Below are positions 1 through 8,785 of a DNA stretch of 24,852 nt, piece by piece. This DNA is from Deltaproteobacteria bacterium. Lineage in GTDB: Bacteria > Desulfobacterota > WTBG01. Each line of letters begins with the position of its first letter. Positions within the stretch are counted from its first letter, which is position 1. Both the position numbers and the translations under genes were made by a program. The notes under the pieces are model-generated. The model did not search any database and had not been told where the DNA came from. It was given only the letters and a program-made list of their open reading frames with translations. Where the stretch lies: the NCBI GenBank assembly GCA_013139225.1, contig WTBG01000232.1, positions 1-24,852 on the forward strand. The letters are read 5' to 3'.

Positions 1-75
1 TGGGGTGTCGACAAGTGGCAAGTCATAGGATTTTGGTTCCTACACTCGGAGGTTCGAATCCTCCCACCCCAGCCA
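1..75 (+). tRNA. tRNA-Gln (anticodon TTG)
   Basis: Cloverleaf: anticodon stem TAGGA/TCCTA with loop TTTTGGT, T-arm GGTTCGAATCC, encoded 3' CCA; canonical position upstream of prs. Confidence 0.97.
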
Positions 76-152
76 TTTTCTTAATTTGAACGCAGATTTT
101 GCTGAAAAAGGAGATATCAGTATTCACACCCTATAATACAAACAATTTGGTG

Positions 153-181
153 TTGACATATACTTAAATATCTTATATAAG
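153..181 (+). promoter_or_regulatory. sigma70-type promoter for prs-rplY-pth
   Basis: TTGACA (153-158), 17-nt spacer, TATAAG (176-181), ~60 nt upstream of the prs start. Confidence 0.7.
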
Positions 182-239
182 CAAGCACGTAAAAATTAAC
201 CATATACGAAAAACATTACGACAGTGAGGACTTTTACCT

Positions 240-1181
240 GTGTTAGATAAATTAAAGATATTTTCTGGAAATGCAAATATTCCATTAGCTCGAGAAATCT
301 GTAACTCGCTGGATATTCCCCTTGGCAAAGCTAACGTTAAAAAGTTCAGTGACGGTGAAATTCAGTTGGAAATTGAAGAAAATGTGAGGGGAATGGACGT
401 TTTTATAGTGCAATCAACCTGTACACCAGTCAATGTTTCTTTGATGGAATTGTTGATCATGATGGATGCTATAAAAAGGGCTTCAGCAGAAAGAATTACA
501 GCGGTTATCCCTTACTATGGTTATGCCAGGCAGGATCGGAAGGTTGCCCCCAGAGTACCCATCACCGCTAAATTGGTGGCTGATCTCATAACCACGGCTG
601 GAGCTGATAGAATTCTTACCATTGATCTCCATGCAGGTCAAATACAGGGATTTTTTAATATTCCAGTTGACCACTTGTATGCCGCTCCGGTCATGGTGGA
701 ATTCATAAAGAGTAAATTTGCAGATAATCTTGTAATTGTTTCTCCTGATGCAGGAGGGGTTGAAAGGGCAAGGGCATTTGCCAAAAGGTTAGGTGCTTCT
801 TTAGCTATCATTGATAAGAGAAGGACAAAACCAAATGAATCCACTGTAATGAACATCATTGGAGAAATAAAAGGCAAAACAGCACTTCTTCTTGATGATC
901 TGGTCGACACCGCTGGAACTCTTACTCAAGCAGCCAATGCACTTCGCAATGAGGGAGCAGCTAAAATTGTGGCCTGCTGTACTCACCCAGTCCTCTCAGG
1001 AACAGCAATTGAAAAGATTAGTAAATCAGGTTTACAGCAGATGGTAGTTACAGATACGATTCCCTTGCGGGAAGATGCTAAATCCTGCAAGAAGATAAGC
1101 ATCCTCTCTGTTGCAAGCTTGCTAGGTGAAGCTATAAAAAGGATTCATAACAACGACTCAGTAAGTTCTTTATTTGTCTAA
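240..1181 (+). CDS. prs: Ribose-phosphate pyrophosphokinase
   Basis: [36 protein letters not shown] and DDLVDTAGT motifs; GTG start. Confidence 0.98.
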   Translation: MLDKLKIFSGNANIPLAREICNSLDIPLGKANVKKFSDGEIQLEIEENVRGMDVFIVQSTCTPVNVSLMELLIMMDAIKRASAERITAVIPYYGYARQDRKVAPRVPITAKLVADLITTAGADRILTIDLHAGQIQGFFNIPVDHLYAAPVMVEFIKSKFADNLVIVSPDAGGVERARAFAKRLGASLAIIDKRRTKPNESTVMNIIGEIKGKTALLLDDLVDTAGTLTQAANALRNEGAAKIVACCTHPVLSGTAIEKISKSGLQQMVVTDTIPLREDAKSCKKISILSVASLLGEAIKRIHNNDSVSSLFV

Positions 1182-1218
1182 AAACACATCAACATCTTCT
1201 TGTCTTTAAGGAGGTAAA

Positions 1219-1926
1219 ATGCCAGAAAAATCAAAGCTAACTGCAACTGTTCGCAAAGAAACTGGAAAAGAGGTAGCTGGAAGATTACGAAAAAATGGAA
1301 TGCTTCCAGCAGTAGTCTATGGTCATAAAAAAGCTTCGATTCCACTAACCATTGATTTAAAACAACTAAAACATTTGATTAAGGGCGAAAAAAGTGAGCA
1401 CAAGCTCTTTGACTTGTCAATAGAAGGAAATGGTGGACCCACAGAGAAAACAGTAATGATCAAAGAGCTTCAAATTGACCCTGCTAAAAGGCATTATCTC
1501 CATGTTGATTTCTTTGAAGTAGCTATGGATGAAGAGGTAACTATATCAATTCTCATTAAGCTTACCGGTGAAGCCGAAGGAGTCAAGATAGGTGGAGTTC
1601 TCCAGCAAGTTCGGAGAGAACTTGAAATCAGATGCTTACCATCTCATATTCCAGATAGTTTGGAATTTGATGTAAGCCTCCTCAATATAGGAGATTCCGT
1701 TCACTTAAAAGACTTGCAACTACCTTCAGGTGTTAAGGTTCTGGAAGATGTCGATCTTACTATCGCTACCGTACTTTCCCCAACCATTGAGAAAGAAGTA
1801 GAAGAAGAAGTTCCTGAGGAGGCAGAAGAAGAGAAAGCTGCTGCCGAGGAAGGTGAAGAGAAGAAAGTAGATGAGGAAAAGAAAGCGGCAGAAGGGGATA
1901 AAGAAGAAAAGAAAAAAAAGGATTGA
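1219..1926 (+). CDS. rplY: 50S ribosomal protein L25/Ctc (long form, acidic tail)
   Basis: LPAVVYG, LQIDP..HVDF motifs, C-terminal TL5 domain, AGGAGG RBS, prs-rplY-pth synteny. Confidence 0.96.
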   Translation: MPEKSKLTATVRKETGKEVAGRLRKNGMLPAVVYGHKKASIPLTIDLKQLKHLIKGEKSEHKLFDLSIEGNGGPTEKTVMIKELQIDPAKRHYLHVDFFEVAMDEEVTISILIKLTGEAEGVKIGGVLQQVRRELEIRCLPSHIPDSLEFDVSLLNIGDSVHLKDLQLPSGVKVLEDVDLTIATVLSPTIEKEVEEEVPEEAEEEKAAAEEGEEKKVDEEKKAAEGDKEEKKKKD

Positions 1927-1938
1927 TCAGGAGCGCTG

Positions 1939-2508
1939 GTGAAACTGATCGTGGGTTTAGGAAACCCTGGCAAGGAATTTGCTTTAAGCAGACATAATAT
2001 CGGCTTTCTCGTAATTAATAGTTTAGCTAGAGAAAATGGTATAGTTCTCAAGGGTAGGAAGTTTAAAAGCAGGTGGGGAAGGGGAAAAATCTCCAGACGC
2101 ACGGCAATCCTGGCCAAGCCTCATACCTTTATGAATTTAAGTGGAGAAGCCGTAAGCGCTATTACCCATTTTTACAAAATAGCCCCCCAGGATATTATCG
2201 TTGTTCATGATGATAGCGATATTGAGTTTGGATGCTTAAAAATAAAAACAAGTGGCGGGAGTGGGGGGCATCGTGGCATAGATTCTATAATCACCTTGTT
2301 AAAAGATGATACATTTATACGAATCAGAGTGGGGATAGGTAAACCTTCTCCCTACATTGATCACTCAGAATTTGTACTCTCCCCCTTCAATGAGACGGAA
2401 CAAAAAAGCTTAAAACAAGTTATCAATAAAGCACAGGATTGTCTTGAAATGGTTATTACACATGGTCATGAAGCTGCCATGAACAAGTTCCATTGTAAAA
2501 GACAATAA
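1939..2508 (+). CDS. pth: Peptidyl-tRNA hydrolase
   Basis: LIVGLGNPG, RHNIGF, KPHTFMNLSG, HDD and GGHRG motifs; GTG start with AGGAG RBS. Confidence 0.97.
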   Translation: MKLIVGLGNPGKEFALSRHNIGFLVINSLARENGIVLKGRKFKSRWGRGKISRRTAILAKPHTFMNLSGEAVSAITHFYKIAPQDIIVVHDDSDIEFGCLKIKTSGGSGGHRGIDSIITLLKDDTFIRIRVGIGKPSPYIDHSEFVLSPFNETEQKSLKQVINKAQDCLEMVITHGHEAAMNKFHCKRQ

Positions 2509-2511
2509 AAA

Positions 2512-2579
2512 ACCACAGATTTACCCCGTTAGATGTTCACTATATAGTGAGGGGGATACACAGAGAGATTCTCTGCGGT
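2512..2579. repeat. Palindromic intergenic element (ACCACAGA...TCTGCGGT) with internal 14-bp palindrome
   Basis: Terminal inverted repeats 2512-2519/2572-2579 (1 mismatch); TCACTATATAGTGA at 2537-2550. Confidence 0.5.
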
Positions 2580-2618
2580 ACAGTTTGACAACACTAAATC
2601 ACTATAAAGGAGGAAAGG

Positions 2619-4700
2619 ATGGTAAACGAAACTCTAACTTATTATGTCCCACTCTTTGGGATAATCGCCATTTTGTTTGCTTTTGTTAAAGCAAACTGGG
2701 TAAACAAACAAGACACCGGCACAGATAGGATGAAAGAAATTTGTGGTTTTGTGAGAGAAGGTGCTATGGCTTTTTTATACAGAGAATACAAAGTACTCAT
2801 TATCTTTGTCATCTGCGTGGCTATTCTCCTTGCTGTAGCTAATATGAAAGGTACACCTGATGCCTATCGCAGCCCTTTAATTGCCTTATCTTTTGTCTTT
2901 GGTGCTTTTTGTTCAGGCCTTTCTGGTTTTTTTGGTATGCGTGTTGCTACCGCTGCTAATGTCAGGACTACCAATGCAGCTCGAACCAGTTTAAACGATG
3001 CTTTAAAGGTAGCCTTTTCCGGCGGATCTGTCATGGGCATGTGTGTGGTCGGTCTGGGCATTTTGGGCCTGGGCATTTTGCTTGCTCTTTATAGAAATAT
3101 GGGACTGCTGGGGGATGCCTCTTCCGACTTTTCTAACATAATTACCGTTATCAGCGGGTTCTCTTTAGGAGCATCATCAATTGCACTATTTGCCAGAGTA
3201 GGGGGCGGCATTTATACAAAAGCCGCCGATGTAGGAGCTGACTTAGTCGGAAAAGTTGAGGCAGGAATCCCTGAAGACGACCCTCGTAACCCTGCTACTA
3301 TTGCTGATTTAGTGGGGGATAACGTAGGAGATGTAGCCGGAATGGGAGCAGACCTTTTTGAATCTTACGTAGGTTCTATTGTAGGTGCTATGGTTTTAGG
3401 AGCTACAACCATGGGATTTGCAGGATCCGCTTATAATGCTGTAATACTGCCTTTGATTATAGCAGGGGTAGGGATTCTCGTTTCCATAGTGGGAACATTC
3501 TTTGTACGGGTGAAAGAAGGTGGGAGTCCTCAGGCAGCCCTCAATACCGGAACCTTTGGCGCAGCAGCTATAATGCTTGTCGTAACCTATTTCCTCTGTG
3601 TCAAATTTATTCCCAGTGAAATAACTATAGCTGGTTTTGCAGGAATCTCTGCCAGTGATGTCTTTCTTGCTACCATTGTCGGATTAATTGCAGGAGTTTT
3701 AGTCGGCGTAACCGCTGAATATTATACCTCCAAAGACAGGAAACCCGCTCAAGATATAGCCAGAGAATCAAAAACAGGTCCTGCAACAATAATCATTGCA
3801 GGTGTTGCTACCGGCATGCGCTCAACCTGCCCCACAATAATCTGGATTGCCGCAGCTATCCTTCTTTCTCATTATTTTGCTGGGTTGTATGGGATTGCCA
3901 TCGCGGCACTGGGCATGCTTTCAACCACGGGAATTCAGCTTGCAGTAGATGCCTATGGTCCCATCGCTGACAATGCTGGAGGGCTGGCCGAGATGGCAGA
4001 ATTACCTCCGGAAGTAAGGAAAAGAACGGACAACCTGGATGCAGTAGGAAACACCACAGCCGCAATTGGGAAAGGTTTTGCTATTGGTTCAGCAGCATTG
4101 ACTGCCCTTGCCCTATTTGCTGCTTTTAGAATTCAGGCTGGCGTTGAGACACTGGATTTAACAAAACCAAGTATCATGGCCGGTCTTTTTATTGGAGGTA
4201 TGCTTCCTTACCTTTTCTCGGCTATGGCAATGAAAGCAGTTGGCTCAGCAGCAAAAGATATGATCGTGGAGGTAAGAAGACAATTTAAAGAGATTCCTGG
4301 TTTACTTGAAGGTAAAGCCAAGGCCGATTATGCCAAATGTGTGGATATCTCTACAACAGCGGCAATTAAAAAAATGGTTGCTCCAAGTCTAATGGCTATA
4401 ATAGTCCCTGTAGTCTTTGGGTTTATCAGCAAAGAGGCACTGGGTGGTCTTCTAGCCGGCGTTACAGTTTCAGGAGTTCTTCTTGCTGTATTTCAAGCCA
4501 ATGCTGGTGGAGCATGGGATAATGCCAAAAAATGGATAGAAGAAGGCAATCTAGGAGGGAAGGGTTCTGAACCACACAAAGCAGCAGTAATAGGGGATAC
4601 AGTGGGTGACCCCTTTAAAGACACTTCCGGTCCATCTCTTAATATACTTATAAAATTAATGTCTGTTGTGGCTCTGGTTATCGCACCTTTAATTAAGTAA
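2619..4700 (+). CDS. hppA: Membrane-integral pyrophosphatase, K+-dependent type, probably Na+-translocating
   Basis: [45 protein letters not shown] motifs; many TM helices; GADLFESY in TM6. Confidence 0.95.
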   Translation: MVNETLTYYVPLFGIIAILFAFVKANWVNKQDTGTDRMKEICGFVREGAMAFLYREYKVLIIFVICVAILLAVANMKGTPDAYRSPLIALSFVFGAFCSGLSGFFGMRVATAANVRTTNAARTSLNDALKVAFSGGSVMGMCVVGLGILGLGILLALYRNMGLLGDASSDFSNIITVISGFSLGASSIALFARVGGGIYTKAADVGADLVGKVEAGIPEDDPRNPATIADLVGDNVGDVAGMGADLFESYVGSIVGAMVLGATTMGFAGSAYNAVILPLIIAGVGILVSIVGTFFVRVKEGGSPQAALNTGTFGAAAIMLVVTYFLCVKFIPSEITIAGFAGISASDVFLATIVGLIAGVLVGVTAEYYTSKDRKPAQDIARESKTGPATIIIAGVATGMRSTCPTIIWIAAAILLSHYFAGLYGIAIAALGMLSTTGIQLAVDAYGPIADNAGGLAEMAELPPEVRKRTDNLDAVGNTTAAIGKGFAIGSAALTALALFAAFRIQAGVETLDLTKPSIMAGLFIGGMLPYLFSAMAMKAVGSAAKDMIVEVRRQFKEIPGLLEGKAKADYAKCVDISTTAAIKKMVAPSLMAIIVPVVFGFISKEALGGLLAGVTVSGVLLAVFQANAGGAWDNAKKWIEEGNLGGKGSEPHKAAVIGDTVGDPFKDTSGPSLNILIKLMSVVALVIAPLIK

Positions 4701-4732
4701 CGGTTCCTCTGCCCTCTTCAGCGAAAGGGAAT

Positions 4733-4764
4733 AAAATCTCCCCTTTGGCAAGGAGAGATTTTTT
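4733..4764 (+). terminator. Intrinsic terminator after hppA
   Basis: AAAATCTC-C-CCTT / AAGG-A-GAGATTTT hairpin ending in a T-run. Confidence 0.65.
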
Positions 4765-4817
4765 AGAAACACGATCCAAAACGTTTTTCATTAGACATCA
4801 ATATGGAGGAAGTTAAG

Positions 4818-5645
4818 ATGACAAAAAGAAATACATTGCGGTGGATATTTGTATCACTAGTATTACTGTCTTTTCTATGGATTGGCTGTGGTGAAAAGGC
4901 ACTACAGTTGAGATTCAAATTCAATGAAGGAGATGAACACAAATACAGTTTGATCCAAGATTCTGTAACTACCACGGAATTCATGGGGAAAAAGATGGAA
5001 ATGCCTAGCAAGACCGAAATCACTCTTACACAGAAAGTAGAAAAGGTTGATCAGGGGATAGCGGAACTCAACGTCACTTATGACACCTTTAACATGGAAA
5101 TGAATGTCGGGGGTAAACAGATACCCAGCAATATGGGCAAATCAATGGTTGGGAAAATTAATATAATGAAAATACGTGAAAACGGAGAGATAATTGAACC
5201 TAAAGGAGTTAAGGCAATGGTGGGTTTGCAGGGGCTTGGCAGTGACATTAAAAATATATTTTTCAGCCTCTATCCCCAGTTTCCTGAAGATAAACTAAAA
5301 GCAGGAAATAGCTGGACACAAAAACAGGAGATTCCTCAATCTCAAATGGGCGTGGTAATTGAGTATCAATACACCTTAACAAAACTGGAAAAGAAAAAAG
5401 AGTATGACTGTGCAGTACTAGACTACACTATTGCTATGACTATTGAGGGTGGGGAACAAGCGAAAATGAATATGAAAGGAAGTGGAAAAGGAAAGGGTAC
5501 TACCTATTTCGCCTATGAAAAAGGTTTGTTAGTGGAAAGTGAGGTAGAAATGGACCTTACCATGTCCATTTTTGCTCCATTGCCAACAGGGGAACAGGAG
5601 ATTCCCACTTCAACTCATCAAACGATAAAATTAAGTCTCATGTAG
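4818..5645 (+). CDS. Predicted lipoprotein, beta-rich, DUF6263-like
   Basis: ATG at 4818 preferred (GGAGG RBS at 4805-4809); signal peptide ending in lipobox-like LWIGC; amphipathic beta-strand pattern. DUF assignment is from recall only. Confidence 0.6.
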   Translation: MTKRNTLRWIFVSLVLLSFLWIGCGEKALQLRFKFNEGDEHKYSLIQDSVTTTEFMGKKMEMPSKTEITLTQKVEKVDQGIAELNVTYDTFNMEMNVGGKQIPSNMGKSMVGKINIMKIRENGEIIEPKGVKAMVGLQGLGSDIKNIFFSLYPQFPEDKLKAGNSWTQKQEIPQSQMGVVIEYQYTLTKLEKKKEYDCAVLDYTIAMTIEGGEQAKMNMKGSGKGKGTTYFAYEKGLLVESEVEMDLTMSIFAPLPTGEQEIPTSTHQTIKLSLM

Positions 5646-5745
5646 CCGTCTATTATAGTCCGAAAACTTAACAAATGGGTCAAGTTTTTTCAAAATATAC
5701 ACTTCCGCAAAGAGATGCTGGATGCTACTATAATCTTGTATTGAT

Positions 5746-6516
5746 TTACTGCATTATGTAAATCCTCTCTCCTTCTTCCAACTTCTTAATATCTTCCCAG
5801 GCACTCCTTGAAAATTTTGACTGCACTGGTTGTTTTAAGACTAACCTGTAAAAATAAAGAGACTTCTCCCGATATTTCTTAGCTTCAACTGTGTTTCTCA
5901 ATTCTGCCTGAGGGGAAAATGCATAGATTTCATAGATTATGTGTAAGCGGTGAGCTACCTGGTAATATACCTCAGGCCGAAGTGATGAAGTTGGATATTT
6001 TTGCAGAATCTTTTCAAGATATCCTATCTCTTCCAAAGGTCCTTCTGGCAACCCCTTATAATCACAAACCCAAGGGATGAGATGGTAAGTCGCCTCATCA
6101 GCATAGTTGCTATCAGGAAACCTTTCCATCATTTCTTTGAAACACTCAAGATTGTACTGGATACCACAGGGCCCTTCCAGCCAGCATTGATAATGGCCAT
6201 ATTTCCCCAGGAAATTTTTCCTGGCTTCCTCCTCTGATTTACCATCTTTTATCAGTTGAAGATAATCCTGTTCCACAAGCCCCTTAAATCCATCACCCAA
6301 CTTCATAAGCGCTATGTCATAATACTCAGACTCGGGAAACGCTTTCATGAATTCCTGGCACTTTTCAACTGCTTGCTCGTAGAACTTAGTCTTTGACAGC
6401 TCCATAATCTCTATAAGCTGTAGCTTTTCATCACTAAGCTTGCGCTCAGGCATTGGTATAAAGATACAGGAGTTGACGAACAGAATGAGGAGAAGAAAAA
6501 TTTTTATACGATGCAT
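5746..6516 (-). CDS. TPR-repeat lipoprotein (BamD/YbgF-like helical repeats)
   Basis: Signal peptide with VNSC lipobox; repeated xPxS..A..Y motifs (FPESEYYDIALMKLG, FPDSNYADEATYHL, YPTSSLRPEVYYQVA). Confidence 0.7.
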   Translation of the reverse strand: MHRIKIFLLLILFVNSCIFIPMPERKLSDEKLQLIEIMELSKTKFYEQAVEKCQEFMKAFPESEYYDIALMKLGDGFKGLVEQDYLQLIKDGKSEEEARKNFLGKYGHYQCWLEGPCGIQYNLECFKEMMERFPDSNYADEATYHLIPWVCDYKGLPEGPLEEIGYLEKILQKYPTSSLRPEVYYQVAHRLHIIYEIYAFSPQAELRNTVEAKKYREKSLYFYRLVLKQPVQSKFSRSAWEDIKKLEEGERIYIMQ

Positions 6517-6648
6517 CTTCCCTTTATCACAAAAGTAGTTAACAAATTATATAGCAGGAATTTCCATATGCTCAAAATAATCACAACCATCAGTTAAAAG
6601 CATACCACGTCATCTGATATCAATCAACTACTATTGATTTTTCCCCTC

Positions 6649-6677
6649 TTGCCTAAGTGTTTCAGATATGGTAGCAT
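6649..6677 (+). promoter_or_regulatory. sigma70-type promoter for smpB (extended -10)
   Basis: TTGCCT, 17 nt, TAGCAT preceded by TGn. Confidence 0.5.
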
Positions 6678-6702
6678 TAAATTTACTTGTTCTGGGTAAT
6701 AA

Positions 6703-7167
6703 ATGTCAGAAAAAATGATTTGTCAAAACAAGAAGGCGCGGCATGATTTCCACATTATCAATACTTATGAAGCCGGCCTGGTTCTTAAGGGAAGTGAGGT
6801 AAAATCATGTCGATCAGGGAGGGCCAATCTTAAAGATGGTCACGCCCGGATTAAAGATGGAGAAATATATCTTGTCAATACCCATATCAGCCCTTATACC
6901 TATGCCCATCAGCTCAACCATGATCCTTTAAGAGAACGTAAGTTACTCTTTCACAAAAGTGAGATTAAAAAACTTTACGGCAAGATAAGGGAAAAGGGCT
7001 TTACGCTAATCCCTCTAAAAATGTACTTTAAAAATGGGAAGGTGAAGGTTGAGATGGCTGTAGCCAAGGGCAAAAAGACACATGATAAACGTGAGGATAT
7101 AAAGCGAAAAGATTTTGCCCGTGAGGAAGAAAAGGATTTCAAAGGAAAAAAGATAAAAGGAATATAA
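6703..7167 (+). CDS. smpB: SsrA-binding protein
   Basis: [42 protein letters not shown] motifs; adjacent to tmRNA. Confidence 0.98.
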   Translation: MSEKMICQNKKARHDFHIINTYEAGLVLKGSEVKSCRSGRANLKDGHARIKDGEIYLVNTHISPYTYAHQLNHDPLRERKLLFHKSEIKKLYGKIREKGFTLIPLKMYFKNGKVKVEMAVAKGKKTHDKREDIKRKDFAREEEKDFKGKKIKGI

Positions 7168-7185
7168 GTACCATCAAAAGGATTT

Positions 7186-7262
7186 AAGCACTAAGCACAG
7201 AAAGGAGGAAAGATAAAACATCTGCTCTTTGATATCTAAATATACTCTGTGTCCTCTGTGGT
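7186..7262. repeat. CACAGA.../CTCTGTG 9-nt-periodic intergenic element
   Basis: CTCTGTGTC-CTCTGTGGT tandem at 7245-7262, with a degenerate left arm AAGCACTAAGCACAGA. Confidence 0.45.
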
Positions 7263-7284
7263 TTGGTTTTGACAATAAAAGAAA

Positions 7285-7641
7285 GGGGGCGAAATGGTTT
7301 CGACGGGGATAAGTGAAGCTTAAGGGGCATGCCGAGGTCCTACTTGCTCGTTAAACAGGTGGGATTAAACATAATTGCAAACGATTATGATTACGCCCTT
7401 GCTGCCTAATCAGCAGTAAGCGTTCTTTTAGCTTTTGCCTGCGGGGCTAAAAAGGACGTCGACTCAGCGGGATAGTCTTCACCTCATGCTTATGGAGATG
7501 AAGATGAAACTAAATAAGCTAGCTCTTTAAGAATCCTGCCTGTGGGAGTTTCAAGGAGCGAAACTTAATATACAGGCTAATCATGTAGAACCTTAAGTGG
7601 AGTATTTCCGGACGCGGGTTCGACTCCCGCCGCCTCCACCA
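7285..7641 (+). ncRNA. ssrA: tmRNA (one-piece)
   Basis: 5' GGGGGCG pairs with 3' CGCCTCC-ACCA with a G3:U wobble; TTCGAC in both the 5' region and T-arm; internal tag ORF; follows smpB. Confidence 0.97.
7377..7409 (+). other. tmRNA tag reading frame (A)ANDYDYALAA*
   Basis: ATAATT-GCA resume context; GCA AAC GAT TAT GAT TAC GCC CTT GCT GCC TAA. Confidence 0.92.
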
Positions 7642-7714
7642 TCTTTTTAGCATATTTAGTATAAATTAGAGTATATTTAAGTTTATTTGATTACCAATAG
7701 TTTTGGAGGAACGA

Positions 7715-8608
7715 ATGAAAAAAGCATTCAAAATCATAGGAGTAGTACTACTTATCATTATAGTAGCAGTCTCAATCTTTATATTTACATATCAGCCTAA
7801 AAAGTATTCCGATTTCGGTGTTTTTACAAGTCTTCGTAATCAAGTTCTTATATTACTAAAAGAATACGGAGCAAAAGAAAGATCCATTACTCAAGATTTC
7901 AACGAATTTACCTTAAATTTATCTTTTCCGTATAACAAGGTATTTGGCAGTAATGTCATTGCTGTACCCCTAAAATCCTTCCACAATGATAAAATAGCCG
8001 CTGCAACCATTACCCATTTTGAGATTCCCTCCAACTCTTCTTACTCTCGAGATTTTACCTTAAACATTAGACCCCGGTATGGATTAAGAGCTCCTGTTTT
8101 CCACGTCGATTTTATGAAGCCTGCATTAGGAACACCCGGGCTTTGCATCGTCGATTTCTTCAATGTCGATAAAGACAACATTTCTTTGGAATCGTTCTTT
8201 GGTGATGAACGTACAACCATTGAAAAAGCCTTGTCAATTGTCGAGAAATACCAGCGAAGCATAGAAGAAGGAAGAGGGAAAATCAGCCGATATCTCGATC
8301 CATATAAAAGCACGTATCGATTCGAGCTCAAGGAACCAGAAACAGACGATGAGACCATACGAAAGGCGTATTATCAATCGGTTGAAGAAGCTTTACAATT
8401 AATTTTCCCTTCCTACTTCAAAAGCATGAATGAAATTCAGCTTGATACCAACTTTGTAAAACGACATGAAGAGAAAACGAAAGAGCTGGTTCAATTAATG
8501 TACAAGAATGATTTTGCTATTGACATGGGAAGGAGAATTTTCAAAGAGCATTTTGAAAAATACTGGCTGGATGGCTTTTGGAATGTACAGGTAGACTTAA
8601 AGGATTAA
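7715..8608 (+). CDS. N-terminally anchored protein with ferredoxin-dependent bilin reductase / RCCR-like fold motifs
   Basis: ATG 7715 with GGAGG RBS; hydrophobic N-terminal helix; P-x6-P-x-F-x2-D (RPRYGLRAPVFHVD), then a hydrophobic strand plus Asp (LCIVDF), and C-terminal ND-x7-IF-x4-EKY. Confidence 0.6.
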   Translation: MKKAFKIIGVVLLIIIVAVSIFIFTYQPKKYSDFGVFTSLRNQVLILLKEYGAKERSITQDFNEFTLNLSFPYNKVFGSNVIAVPLKSFHNDKIAAATITHFEIPSNSSYSRDFTLNIRPRYGLRAPVFHVDFMKPALGTPGLCIVDFFNVDKDNISLESFFGDERTTIEKALSIVEKYQRSIEEGRGKISRYLDPYKSTYRFELKEPETDDETIRKAYYQSVEEALQLIFPSYFKSMNEIQLDTNFVKRHEEKTKELVQLMYKNDFAIDMGRRIFKEHFEKYWLDGFWNVQVDLKD

Positions 8609-8656
8609 TACTCAAAGAAGGGTGCATTTTCAAATAATGCTTCTGTATTAATGCTT

Positions 8657-8671
8657 CCCGATCAGAGTCGA
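8657..8671. repeat. REP-like module fragment CCCGATCAGAGTCGA
   Basis: Identical 15-mer at 17876-17890; lies between convergent genes. Confidence 0.5.
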
Positions 8672-8785
8672 GGGTAGGTTTTTCCTGAATGATTGAATTG
8701 GGAATTTCCCTTCCTTCGGTGGAATGGATTAGGGGAATGGGGGAAGTAAGCTCCTTTACTTCTTACCAGATCGTCATACCTGTTT

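Noticed and set aside
1780-1926. GAA/GAG-rich tract as a repeat element
   Set aside because: It is the ordinary acidic C-terminal tail of long-form L25/Ctc.
2585-2608. sigma70 promoter TTGACA...TATAAA before hppA
   Set aside because: Spacer is only 12 nt and the -10 abuts the RBS.
6622-6639. FNR/CRP-family box
   Set aside because: Half-sites are in the reverse order (ATCAA..TTGAT) with the wrong spacing for TTGAT-N4-ATCAA.
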